From positions 3,100,001 to 3,164,000 of the forward strand of contig NC_045138.2 in assembly GCF_008831285.2 (NCBI RefSeq): DNA of 64,000 nt. Reading direction: 5' to 3'. A model generated the notes under the pieces. That model searched no databases. It was not told the origin of the DNA and was given only the letters and a program-made list of their open reading frames with translations. Within the stretch, counting starts at the first letter, position 1. The number at the start of each line of letters is the position of its first letter. The translations under genes and the position numbers were made by a program. This DNA comes from Nymphaea colorata (Eukaryota). Below are positions 1 through 11,600 of the stretch, piece after piece.

Positions 1-133
1 AATTAGAAGTCAGCTAAAAATCCAACAAGACTTGCAATTATTTTATGTTTGGGCTTTCCCAGCTTTTCTTGCATATGGTTTCCTCGCAATACAATCAAAC
101 AATTATTCAAAGTGTGTGCTCAACACATCCTCC

Positions 134-585
134 TAGGGATGTCAATGAATGAGACTCAATTGCTTTAAAAATGTTGGTCCATTAAGAAATCCAGTCGAAT
201 TAAATATAAGAAATGACATATGATCTGATTCAAATTCAGTTTGAAATAAATATGCGATCGGATTTGGATTCAAATTTTGATTCAGTTTTAACAAACATGC
301 AATATCCAAGATTCTTACATTTTAAACGTCAGTTTTCAACATACATAATGTGGTTTAGATCCGCTTTGCATTTCAAAGTCGGATATGGATTTTAGTTGTG
401 AATTCAAACATCATGATTTGGATCAGATACAGATTGAGAATTTAAAAGTTGGATTTAGATACGCCATAGATGATTCTTCATTTGCATCCGAATATAAATT
501 CGATTCCAAGCACGTGAACATCGGATAAATAGCATATGGTAAAAAAACACATGTGATCCGAATCCATTTCCATTGTTCTAATCTA
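134..585. mobile_element. MITE family A (TAGGGATGTCAA terminus, GGATTCGGAT/ATCCGAATCC-rich), degenerate
   Basis: Left terminus and subterminal motifs shared with the copies at 1950, 4893, 7822 and 17170; right end decayed. Confidence 0.6.
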
Positions 586-700
586 TGCTACCCAGTAAGG
601 CCGCTGAAGAGTTGGATTTTTTTTTTCGTTCTTATTATTTGTCACATCAAATCTGCACATATGTAAAGATAATACAAGGATCACCATAGTTTTCTTCTTT

Positions 701-804
<104 letters not shown>

Positions 805-1108
805 CACCTGGTCTTCTTCTTTGAGTTACGACCCGGACCCAGTGCCAGCACTTTAGGGGTGGGTCCAATTTTGGATCCATATGAGTCTAGAAAAGGTCCA
901 ACCCGTTGCCATCCCAATGAAACCAGGGGAAAGGCTGCCTTGTCTGCTCAAACATGGACAAACAAGTACATAGTTCCCCTACAACCAGGTTAACCAGGGT
1001 TAACTTGGAGAAGAAATCTTGAAAAGTTGAAATTTATAGTAATTGAAACTGGTTCCTCAATTTTTTTTTGTCCATTTTGCAAAATAATTTGAACTTTTGG
1101 AGTGTATT

Positions 1109-1653
1109 TAGGGGTGAACAAGAGCTCGACTTGTTAAAGCTCGGCTTGTGAACGAGTTCGAGCCGAATCATTTGCTTAACAAGTCAAGCTCGAGTTCATG
1201 AGTCGGCTCGTTCATAACTGTCAAGTCAAGCTCGAGTTCATGAGTCGGCTCGTTCATAACTGTCAAGTCAAGCTCGAGCATTAATCGAGTTTGACGAGTC
1301 TTAATCAAGTCCATATATTCAAACGAGTTTACGAGTTTGATGAGCCTTAATCGAGTCGAGCTCAAGCTCAACATGTAACGTAACGATGAATAACAATTTT
1401 ATTCAAACGAGTTTGTCGAGCTTTAATCGAGTCGATCTCGAGCTCAACATATAACGATGAATATCAATTTTATTCTAATGAGTTTGTCAAGCCTTAATCA
1501 AGCTCGAGCTCAACACGTAACTGTCGAGTCCAGTTCGAGATGCTTCCATCGAGCTATTCTCGAGCTCGAGCCGAGCGAAGCTCGATGATTCATTAGTCGA
1601 GCCAAGCTCGAACTGACTGAACTCGGGCTCGACTCGGCTCGTGTTCACCCATA
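1109..1653. mobile_element. hAT-like MITE family B (TIR TAGGGGTGAACA / TGTTCACCCATA)
   Basis: TIRs; TSD AGTGTATT/AGTGTATC (7/8); dense GAGCTCGAG subrepeats; homologous to 34365-34935. Confidence 0.85.
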
Positions 1654-1949
1654 AGTGTATCAGATCTGTTTTCGAAGTGATGTCACTGCTATGATTCAAC
1701 TTGCATATCAGTGTTCCCCTCTTAATACACATGAAGTTGGCGCCTTAGAAGCTTAAAATAAAGACTGACCACCTACCAGTCATGCGGTATTCATTGTGAC
1801 AACTCCTTTCATTACAACCAACAGTAATGATCCAAATCAAATAAAGGGTTTTTTGAAATTATATATCTGGAAAAACACGTCCATATCAAAACTTACATCC
1901 TTGTCATATACCGTTGTCAGCCCAGCTTTACTTTGGTCATCACTATTTC

Positions 1950-2235
1950 TAGGGATGCAAATGGATCTGATAGATCCAATAGTTGATCCGATTTTTCGTG
2001 ATTGGGTAGGAAATTTGAATCTGACTACCACTTGGATTTGAAATTTAATATGAGATCTGATAAAGACGTGATGTGATTACATATAAATCTTGGTCTTATG
2101 CTGGTTGGTTTGAAATTTAATTTTGAAGAAACATGGTTGGAGTTGGGCTCCGAATCTGAATCTGATTATATAAAATTGGATCGGCAGACAGCCAAAGGTA
2201 GGATCCGATCCGAATCCGAGTCGTTTCCCTCCGTA
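1950..2235. mobile_element. hAT-like MITE, family A-related
   Basis: Starts TAGGGATGCAAATGGATC; flanked by ACTATTTC/ACTATTGC (7/8 TSD); GGATCCGATCCGAATCCG subterminal motifs. Confidence 0.65.
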
Positions 2236-3844
2236 ACTATTGCCCTGGATATAAGTATCACCAATCCAGATCCGAGCACTTGGTGCAGATAAAAAACTGG
2301 GCTGGGTTCAGATTTTCAAGAGTTGTTCGGATAAGTTCAAATCTGTCTAACAAGGGCTCCAAAGTCATTGAGAACCAGTTTTGAGCTTTTCCAGAGAGAT
2401 CGCACCAAAAATTGGCCGCGTAAATGGTTCGGATTCGGATAATCTAAGTATAAGGGAAATCAGATCTGATCGAATTCAGTTAAGCGGGAGAAACGACTGT
2501 AGCAGGTTTACAAATTACAAGCCACCACCCAAAAGACCCCCTTATTTTCTCTACTTTGAAGGTCTTGGGCTACATTGCCGTCAAGCCAACGACGTACTTA
2601 AGCCTGGACATTGAGCAGGCCCGCCACAACAAGGAGTTGGGCTTGGGCTGACCCGACACCTTAAACTTAGGCTCTAGCCTGGCCCAATACTTAAAACCCA
2701 AGCTCAGCCTGATTGAATTTTAAAATATATATTTTTTATAATTCTATATAAAATTCAATAAAATATATATTAAAAAAACATTGTCAAACCCAGCCGACCC
2801 CAATGCCAGCCTTTGGCGTACCCTTCAACTTAAGCACTCAAGGCACAATATATAGCATCCACGCTAATCGAATTACAAACCCAGTTTTGATAGGTCCCTA
2901 CCCCATGATCATCTACGCTATGTTCCATGAGACACCTAGTTGTTTATTTCTACCTCCATATTTTAGCACTTTGACATTATTTTCGCCGAATTCAATCATA
3001 TGGACATGCAAAAGATAATTCGAAACCATATGATGCAAAAAAAAAAAAGTCACGAGAATAAAAGTCAGATTTTATAAAATAAATATGTATGGATTTGCTT
3101 ATTATATTTTAGGCTACGTAAGCCGAGAGACTTCAACGCTCCCCTTCCGAGTAAAAAGTCATTCCTCCCGCCCTTTGGTCTTGGAATTCGTAGGCTTGTG
3201 CCAAGGGCAGACACCTTTAAAATTTGAACTATCGACTGGCCACCTATCAGCTACTAGCCCAACCACATGTGCTTGAATGCTTGGAGGACCCGTTTAGCAT
3301 GTGTAATATTTAGGGCAGATTCATGGAACGCCTATTAATATGGTTAATGAATCTACCTCAATATTTGATATTGCGAATGTCAATACAGAGTCCATAGGTC
3401 TAGTGAACTATTACCTTTGGTGGTGGGCAACTGATACTCTCGATGGATTTGATATTGAGGCCAAGCCCACCTGACTATTCCTATGAACATAGAGAAAGAG
3501 GCCACTGGTTGGCTTTTGAAAGGTGGTGTGAGATTTTAGAACCATAGATTTGATATTGCATTGAAATAAAAAGAAAATAAAGAAAAATAGATTGCAAATC
3601 TAAGATCAGAGGGTTTGAGTTTAAATTTATAGATCTGAAGCGGATAGACTTTCATCTTATGAATCAGAAATTCCGAGGATTTTAGATCTAAGCCTATCAA
3701 ATATAGTCAGATAACTCTTAAAAATTTTGCCCAGTGTAGTGATTTTTCTTTTAAATGGTTACTTTGGGCAAACCATAATCCGCTTAGAACCTCCAAAATC
3801 ATACCCTTATGTCTCCAAGGTTTTGACTCGCTTGTGGGTGGATG

Positions 3845-4141
3845 TAGACCTGGGCATCGGGTCCGGTACCTGGCCCGACGGGGGACCGATTCGTCTTGAT
3901 AACTTTCAAATATTCATTTTATTTCACTAATAATATATATTTTATTATTAAAAGATATTTTTATTCAAAAAATATATTTTATATCTTTTAAAAAATCTTA
4001 TTATAAGTGGGCCGAGCCGGGTTCAGGCTCGAGTTTCGGCAATCGGGTCCAGGTTTGGGCTTGCATTTCAGACATCGGGCCAACTCAGGCTTGCTACTTA
4101 TCGAGCCGGGGTGGGTCCAGCCGGCCCCATGCCCAGGTCTA
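3845..4141. mobile_element. hAT-like MITE family C (TIR TAGACCTGGGCAT / ATGCCCAGGTCTA)
   Basis: 13-bp perfect TIR; TSD GGTGGATG/GGTTGATC (6/8); GC-rich ends around an AT-rich core; homologous to 7155-7515. Confidence 0.85.
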
Positions 4142-4892
4142 GGTTGATCTATGATAATATTATAATTCTTGATATCACTCAAAAACCATGTAAACTGATG
4201 TGTATGGCCTCGTATAAAAAGGATTACTACAAAATTTAAATCACTTGCCTATATAGGTCGGTATCCCTTGATTTTCCCATGCTCTTTCCTAACAAATAAG
4301 AAATGGGAAGAATGTTTTGATCACTTGGTCTTATTGTTCACAAAGTACTTAGAAAAGTTTTGAGATTCTCACCTTTTCCGTCATATTAATTTTGCACAAG
4401 TGAAGAGACTGACTCGATAGCGATAGCAGATGTTATATATTTGTTTTTCACATCTAAAACTATAAAAATCAACATAAAAATAATCATGTTTCTGGATAAA
4501 CAAGTTTCATAAGCGGAACAAAATTCCAAAAAAGTTCTACAGTTTATTACTAAATTTCTTGAGGATCTTCACACTTAACAGATATCATTTCTACATAGAT
4601 CTAAAATGTTTTGATTATGAATATCACTTTCATATGGTTGATTTTACAAGAAAATGAGCATAAAATGTCAAAAATGGTTGTGACAGGTCTATTTGGTAAA
4701 GAATACTGTTGATTGCTCCTACTCTTCCCCATCCACACCAACACACACACATATAAGGGTGGGAGCCAGAGAGTGAATTTTAATTGGGTATCAGTAGGTT
4801 CATATTGCCTGCTGGTCACTAAACAAACACAAGTCAATATTGTTGATTGCTCCTAATCCTCCCTTCCCACACCAACACACACACACATATAA

Positions 4893-5432
4893 TATCCGAT
4901 TAAGAAATCAAATCGGATTTAGATTTAATAAATGGCGTCCGATCGGATTTAGATTCGGATTCAGATATACATAAATATCAGATCGGATTCGTTTTTAAAC
5001 AAATATCATGTGTCCATGGGGCGGAGCCAAGATTTTTTTTTCAAACTGTGTAGGACCAAACTGAACCCGAATTCAAACAATATATGGCACAACTAAAATT
5101 TTTTAATTTTTTCAATGTAAACTTTTTTTTTTTTCACTTGGCTAGGGTCGGGTCATGGCCTATGGCCTAGGCGGGCCCTCCCCTCCCTCCGCCCTTGCAT
5201 GTATTTAATGCTATTAAATTTTGAAAATTGGTAAAATCCGATTCAAAATTCAGATTTGGATATGAATATAAAAATCAGACTCGGATCGGATTCGGATTGT
5301 AAAATTGGATTTTGGATTCGGACTTGGATATGACTTTCTTTATTCGAATTCGAGTCCGAATATGTGAATATCCGAAAAAATGGATATGATTAAAGACATA
5401 TCCAATCTGAATCCAATCCGTTGACATCTCTT
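4893..5432. mobile_element. MITE family A, left-truncated, containing a nested family E insertion
   Basis: Right end CCGTTGACATCTCTT; body is a reverse-complement homologue of 7822-8232. Confidence 0.7.
5015..5197. mobile_element. hAT-like MITE family E (CAGGGGCGGAGCC-type terminus), nested in family A
   Basis: Ends CATGGGGCGGAG / CTCCGCCCTTG; flanks CATGTGTC/CATGTATT; absent from the homologous position of the 7822-8232 copy. Confidence 0.75.
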
Positions 5433-6289
5433 CTTAAGGACAATATGGAATCCAACTTTCTTCAGTCATATGACTTGGGCAAGTTATTTTTGGCATGCCG
5501 GTATTGTTACCGCTCGGTTAAGTCAAAGATGGAAACTAGTTTTACACCTTAAAATAGATTACCAATGTATTTATTTTCCATAATCCATCATTACAAATAT
5601 GATCTTAAGACATTAAGTCAATTTTTTTGGGGTTTTAAATATGTTATTTGGGATATAAAAAAATTAGTTCTTAAAACACTGAAATGTTGATAGTTGACAA
5701 ATCATTATTTTTCAAGGTAATAACTTGAATTAGAACATGTTTTAGATTACATTGGTAACTATATATCAATATGGTAATATGTTCATCTGCTTTTAAAATG
5801 TTTTTAAAGACATGAATGTACATGGACTTATGTGCACGCACACAGACACAAGGTTAGTAAAATACATATACAATTACAGTAAATGAATCACGTAGATTGA
5901 TGGGCTCTCTGCGATGGGTCTCTCCCACACACTTAGAATTACATGGTTACTTTGAAAAAGTAATTTTATGCATGGCAACACTTTATGAAACCTAGTTCAT
6001 GTTACCTGACAGTTAATGATCAATTCACCCTAATTGCCAACATATTCTGTAATTATATACAGAGTTGCGTAATTCATATGCTTTTTTCACAAGTACATGA
6101 ACATTTCAGGAAAATGAATTAAGCATGTGTCGTGTCTGTATAGTCATTATTGGCATACTGGCGAGAGTTTCCCGCGCCGCACGGTCCAGAGGAGTCGGCC
6201 CGTGACATTGCCAATCCTACAACTTTTGCCTATTTTAGCGGCATTTTTGTCATTTGGGCACTAAGCATGTTGGTTTGATCCGTTGACAT

Positions 6290-6700
6290 TTTATTGAAAG
6301 ATTTAAGCGATTGAATCATAAATTTGTATAAGTACAAATGAGATTTAAGATATTTATGTGATTCATTATAATTAATCTAAAGAATTGGCCTTATTGTTAC
6401 ATATATATTTAATGATTTAAGATATTGAAATCACGAGATTTTAAGTTATTCATGTGATCACTTATCGTTAAGCGTAAGAGTTTAACTTATTGTTATATCT
6501 ATATTGAATGATTTAAGCGATTGAAAACACAAGTTTGTATGGATATTAATGGGATTTAATCTATTCATTTCATCCTTTATAGTTAAATCACTAAATTAAG
6601 GTTATTATTTATCTATATTGAATGATTTGTAAGATTGAAATCACAAGTTCATATGAAAATGAATAACATTTTCAGTCATTCATGTGATCACTTATTTTTG
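6290..6700. repeat. Degenerate tandem array, about 4 units of about 95-115 bp
   Basis: GATTTAAG(C)GATTGAAA motif recurs near 6300, 6414, 6510 and 6624. Confidence 0.7.
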
Positions 6701-7154
6701 TTCGAATGAGTTGAACTTCTAATTACATGATTGGTAGAGTTAAAAATTTCTGGCTATTTCTCAAGCTAAAGATGCACTAATGCTTCAATTAAAACTTTAA
6801 GATGCAGCCAATGTATAAACAAATAAAATGTTCATGAGGTTTCTATTGGGTAAATAAGCAATTTATGTAGGCTGGCGCGGGCAATGGCCCACATCGGCCA
6901 ACATCAATTTAAATTTTTAAATGTATAAATGAATAAGTCCCTTAAAATTCTTCACTATTTTAGATAAAGTGTGAACTTTTCAAAGTAGAACATAATTGCA
7001 ATATATTTTCTCATACAAGAACATTGTGCTTTTCAAACATGTGTTGTAAGAGTTCTCTAACCATATTTCTTCTTAGGACGACCAAGTCACTTGTAGCAAA
7101 TGCCAATGTTGATAAGATCTGATTTGAACTAAAATCTGACTCATTTAGTCGGAT

Positions 7155-7515
7155 TGGACGTGGGCATCAGGCGGGGTACCCAACCGATACACAATACCCA
7201 GCCCGATCGGGCCCTGGCCTAGACCCGAAGAAACTGGCTCGGGTTGGCCTGACGAGGGCTCGATTCGACCCGATAACAAATAAAAATTACTTGTATTTTA
7301 TTAAAAATATATTTCTGTCTTATTAAAAATATATTTGATATTCAAAAAATTATTTTATATTTAAAAAAACATTTTTTTATTATAATCAAACCGGGCCGGG
7401 CTAGACTTGAGCTTGGGTTTTAGGTATCGAACCCGGGCCTGGGCATGGGTTTTGGGCATTTGGCTGGCCTGAACCCGGTTCTTATCGAGCCGGGCCGATC
7501 GGATGCCCAGGTCTA
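7155..7515. mobile_element. hAT-like MITE family C
   Basis: TGGACGTGGGCATC...GATGCCCAGGTCTA; TSD AGTCGGAT/AGTTAGAT (6/8). Confidence 0.8.
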
Positions 7516-7821
7516 AGTTAGATGTGGTAATGGAAAACAACTCGCTTGTATAAGTTCCCATGTTTAATTCATTTTGTCTTGGAACTTCAAATCTAAACCT
7601 GGTCCAAACCCGATCCTGAATCTGAACCATTCACGTCACTCTAAGTCATGAGTTCAAGTCTCATTGCTGGCTTCTTCTGAGCCAAAATCCTAAGGCAACT
7701 CAGGAAAAATAGGCCAACCACATTGATTTCCACATAAATAGTAGTTTTTTTTTTATTTGTTCTTTCTTAATATTGGTCTCCAGTTTTTCTTTTTTATTTA
7801 TTTAGAATTTTATGTTCAGGG

Positions 7822-8232
7822 TAGGGATGTCAACAATTTGGATTCGGATCGAATATACCCTTAGTTATATCCGTTTTTTCGGATATTCACATATTCATAT
7901 TCAAATACGAATAAAAAAAAGTCATATCCAAATCTGATTTTACAATCCAAATCTGATTTATACGTTCATTTATGAATTTGAATCCAAATTTTAAGCCGGA
8001 TTTTGCCAATTTTTAAAATGTAATAGAATTAAATACATACTATTTGTCTAAAAATGAATCCAATTCGAATTTGATAAGATATGTATGTACATCTGAATCT
8101 GATCAGATGTAATTTATTAAATCCAAACCTGATTCAATTTTTTAATTGGATATTAATTTTTTTTCCATATCCGATATTTTGGGATCAGTTTAGCAAAATA
8201 TCTGATTTAAATAGGATATATTAACATCCTTA
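7822..8232. mobile_element. MITE family A
   Basis: TAGGGATGTCAA...TTAACATCCTTA terminal inverted repeats with ATCCGAAT-type subrepeats. Confidence 0.8.
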
Positions 8233-9399
8233 CTCGAGAGGTATAGTGCAATAAGCAGTAGGGCCGGCCACTGCAAGATGCTTTGTATTACAAAACTTGT
8301 TGATGTTGTCATGATTGATTTAGTGTGCTAACACTGGCAAGCAAAAAAGTCTCGAAGCATGTCTAGTTTATTTTAGAATCTTTCACCAAAAAAAAAAAAG
8401 AGTGCTCAATAATATTCCAAGTCCCTTATCGACCAAAATCGTCTTAGTTCATGCATGATAAGACGCCTATCAGCCAATAATGCGGACTGGATCCCACATA
8501 CAACTATATGGATATTATTCACTTAAAATATTTATGATTTGATCCAAACTCTTCCACAAAACAAAAATGGACAACTTAATAATTTTCTCATCAAATCCCA
8601 ATAATTGGATTGGAGCATAAACCGGACACGGTTATCTGGCCATTTCGCATCCAATGCGTATTGGATCCGTGACTACAAAGCAAACTACAGGATAGACAGA
8701 CCCTCGTAGAACTTTCGAAATTTAAATCTTAGTGGTTAGTTTTTTTTTTTAAATTTGAGTTCGGCCCTCATAAAACTTTTGAAAAAATAGAGATCGACCC
8801 CTGTTAAAAGTTTTATTTAGTGATAGCAGCACTGTTCGATAGCAGGGCCGGAGGCAGGCTGTCAGATTTTTTAAAAACTTATCTAAATTTTTCAATTTTT
8901 ATTTTATCCAACATTAAAATTTTGAAATTACCGTTTTAACCCTGCAATGAAAAATTTCTAACCCTACCCCCACGCACCAGCCCCTTTACAATATTATTCA
9001 AAATAAGGTGATAGTATTTATTCCGGTTCATAATGCGCATATGAGAGTAATGAATTATATCGATTTCTCTGGTTAGAGATGAAGCTGGTTATATACACAT
9101 AAAATTATATAGGGGGATTTGAAATAACTAAAAATACATCCATTAAAATAAAAAAGAACTTTTTTAAAAGGTTGGAGGAAAATTGTCAAAAAGTAAAAGA
9201 AAAAGTCTATAATACTCGTTACTTTATAAAAAATTTCAAAAGTAACATTCATCCCCTTTGATAAATACTTGTTCCATCCATGAAATGCGTACGCAACTCG
9301 GCCTGGCGGAAAGACTGACGTCGTTATTTTGTTCTCACTGGAGGGGTACTCTGGGTACTTAAGTATTGTTAGAGTGTAGAAGCGAAACGGGAAATCAAA

Positions 9400-9591
9400 A
9401 TAACGGAAGAGGAGAAGAGGAGGAGGAAAAGCGAGAAGAGAAAGGCGGAGAGAGAAGACGGCGAGAAAAACTCGTGGCTCTCTGCATTTCCTTCCTCCCC
9501 GCCATTATTGTTCTCTCGATTCGTCCGTGACACTCTCCTCGTTCCCCTCCACGCAAACGTCGACTGATTGAGACGCCAGGATTCGTCTTCC

Positions 9592-9636
<45 letters not shown>

Positions 9637-11600
9637 GACGTAGACAGGAAGGAAGGACGCTAGGTGAGAAAGACGAAGGGAGAAGGCTCTTTGTTGATTG
9701 GAGGCCTTCTTCTTCCCACGGTGAGAAATCATTCCGCAGCAGCAAATGCTAGTCACAATAGGGGTTGATTCCTCTGCGGTGACGACGTGCGGAGTCGTTC
9801 GGGCGATTTCTCTGACGGAATAGGCGGTTTTTTCTTTCCCGCGCTCTGTTTCTCGTAGCGCGGAGACTTGCCGCTTGATTCGAGGAACAGCAGCCGACGT
9901 TCTTCATGGAGATGGTGGATTGAGAATCGATTCATTGAGATATCGGATTTTGCTTCTGGTTCTAGGTCGGAACTCGGAGAGTTTGCTTGTACTTCCAGGC
10001 AGGAAAGAAGTTTTGCTGTCCTTCACGGCAAGTTTTGAAGAGATTGAGAGATCACGGTAGCTCGACCAAGCTTTGCTACTTGATCCATCGCGAGAGCAGG
10101 AGATCTTAAATGGCTGCAGAACGATTCTGTTGAAACGAAAACATAGTTCGGTCTATTTCCTTTACGCGATCTTGATCGTGATCGATTCCAAAAAAATCTG
10201 GAGATCGTTCTTCTACGCCTTAACCGAGCAATTCTGAGCGAAATTTCCTTAGAAAGCGAGAGAAAGAAGTTCTTCCGAACACCGGACGATTTCTAGCAGG
10301 TAACTGAACGATATTCTTCCAAAATCTAAGGTTTCAATCGTCGACTCATCCATTCAGGCAAGTGATGGGTCATTTCCGGTCATCGATCGACTCCATTTTT
10401 GTTTGTTTTCTTTCTTCATGTCTCATTTAATTATAACTTGTAGCATCTCTCTTTCTGACATTTTATAATAATTCGTATTCCTTTTTATTCTTTCATCAGG
10501 TGCAGGGGCTCAGTTTCTTCTTACAGGGCACATCTGAGAATCAGAGAGACAAAATTCTAGAAAAAGAATAAGGAGCGGGTCCTTCTACTGTGAGTTCTCT
10601 TTCTCTCTCTCTCTCTCTCTCTCGCTGCCTCCTGGTTGAGATTTTCTTTCTCCTTGAGTTCTCATTTCCTTGAAGCAGAAGAAAAGTGACTTCAGAAAAC
10701 GAAACAAACAGAAGAAGTGAAAACAACCAAATACTATGCTCTCCGTTTAGATCAAGACAAACGAAATTCACGACGTTTGGTTATCTGCTGACTTTCCGTT
10801 CTCAAATTCACTTTTTCCTTCCAGAGAATCCACTTGTCCTTTTTCCTGTGCATGCGCGGTTCTTTTCCCGCGGAATGCCGAATGCGAGAGTTTTCCGTTT
10901 ATCTCTTGAGTCATCCGGTCTTGGAAAGATAAACCTTTCAGCAACACCAATGGTACATATCTAATTGATTGGACGGTTTTGTTCGAAAACAATAGCAAGA
11001 ATTGGAGGGTTGAAAGCTAATACCTGAGGCATATGGACACGTATATGTCGGTAATTTCTCTTTTTTCTTTTTTGTGGAAGAAGCACTTAGTAGTTAGTGG
11101 ACCACCCCGTCTCTGACGTCCTAATTCATCTATTACGCATTGTAGTTCTGCTCATCTGGGACTTATTTTTCGCTTTCGGCCTTCTCATTATGTTGAGAGA
11201 TAGGAGAGTTTTATCTCTGAGGATGTCACGGGCATCTGACAATCTCAGGTAAAATTCTCCAACCGCAGCTTTCCGTCTTCACCCCATTGGCTCGTTTCCC
11301 TTCGTCATTTCCCTCTTCCTGCCCGGTTCTCCTTCAGGTGTTTCATAGACAACCCCATGATCGTTAACAGCGGGCTCCCACCTATCTCATTATCACGTTC
11401 CAGACTCTTCGTCCATCATTTTCTTTTTGTCAGTTCTTTGTAGGTTTTCATTATCAAAAGGACCGGTCTTGCTTCGGATTCCTATTTCTTCATAGATGGA
11501 TGTCCTACTTGGCGTGGTGTACATATAGATACTGTATATCTCTAAAATTAAATGTCGCCTGTCCTTTTAACATTTGGTGCTATTGAAGATAACACATAAA
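9400..11600 (+). ncRNA. Putative spliced non-coding (or micropeptide) transcription unit; boundaries approximate
   Basis: GA/CT-rich leader-like sequence with (GA)n. Donor CAG|GTAACT (10300), acceptor TTTCATCAG| (10499), donor ACT|GTGAGT (10590), acceptor TTCCTTCCAG| (10824), donor TCG|GTAATT (11051), acceptors at 11337 and 11443. No recognisable protein ORF. Confidence 0.4.
9593..9633. repeat. (GA)n microsatellite
   Basis: Direct reading. Confidence 0.95.

Noticed and set aside
6885..6930. GCCCACATCG plus TATAAA resembling the snRNA/telomerase-RNA USE-TATA promoter
   Set aside because: Mismatch to RTCCCACATCG, intermediate spacing, part of a dispersed repeat word (also near 44083 and 51812), and no snRNA follows.
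9395..9745. Minus-strand ORF ending in transit-peptide-like MQRATSFSRRLLSPPFSSRF
   Set aside because: Product of CT/GA low complexity; it stops with no downstream exon, and local splice signals favour the + strand.
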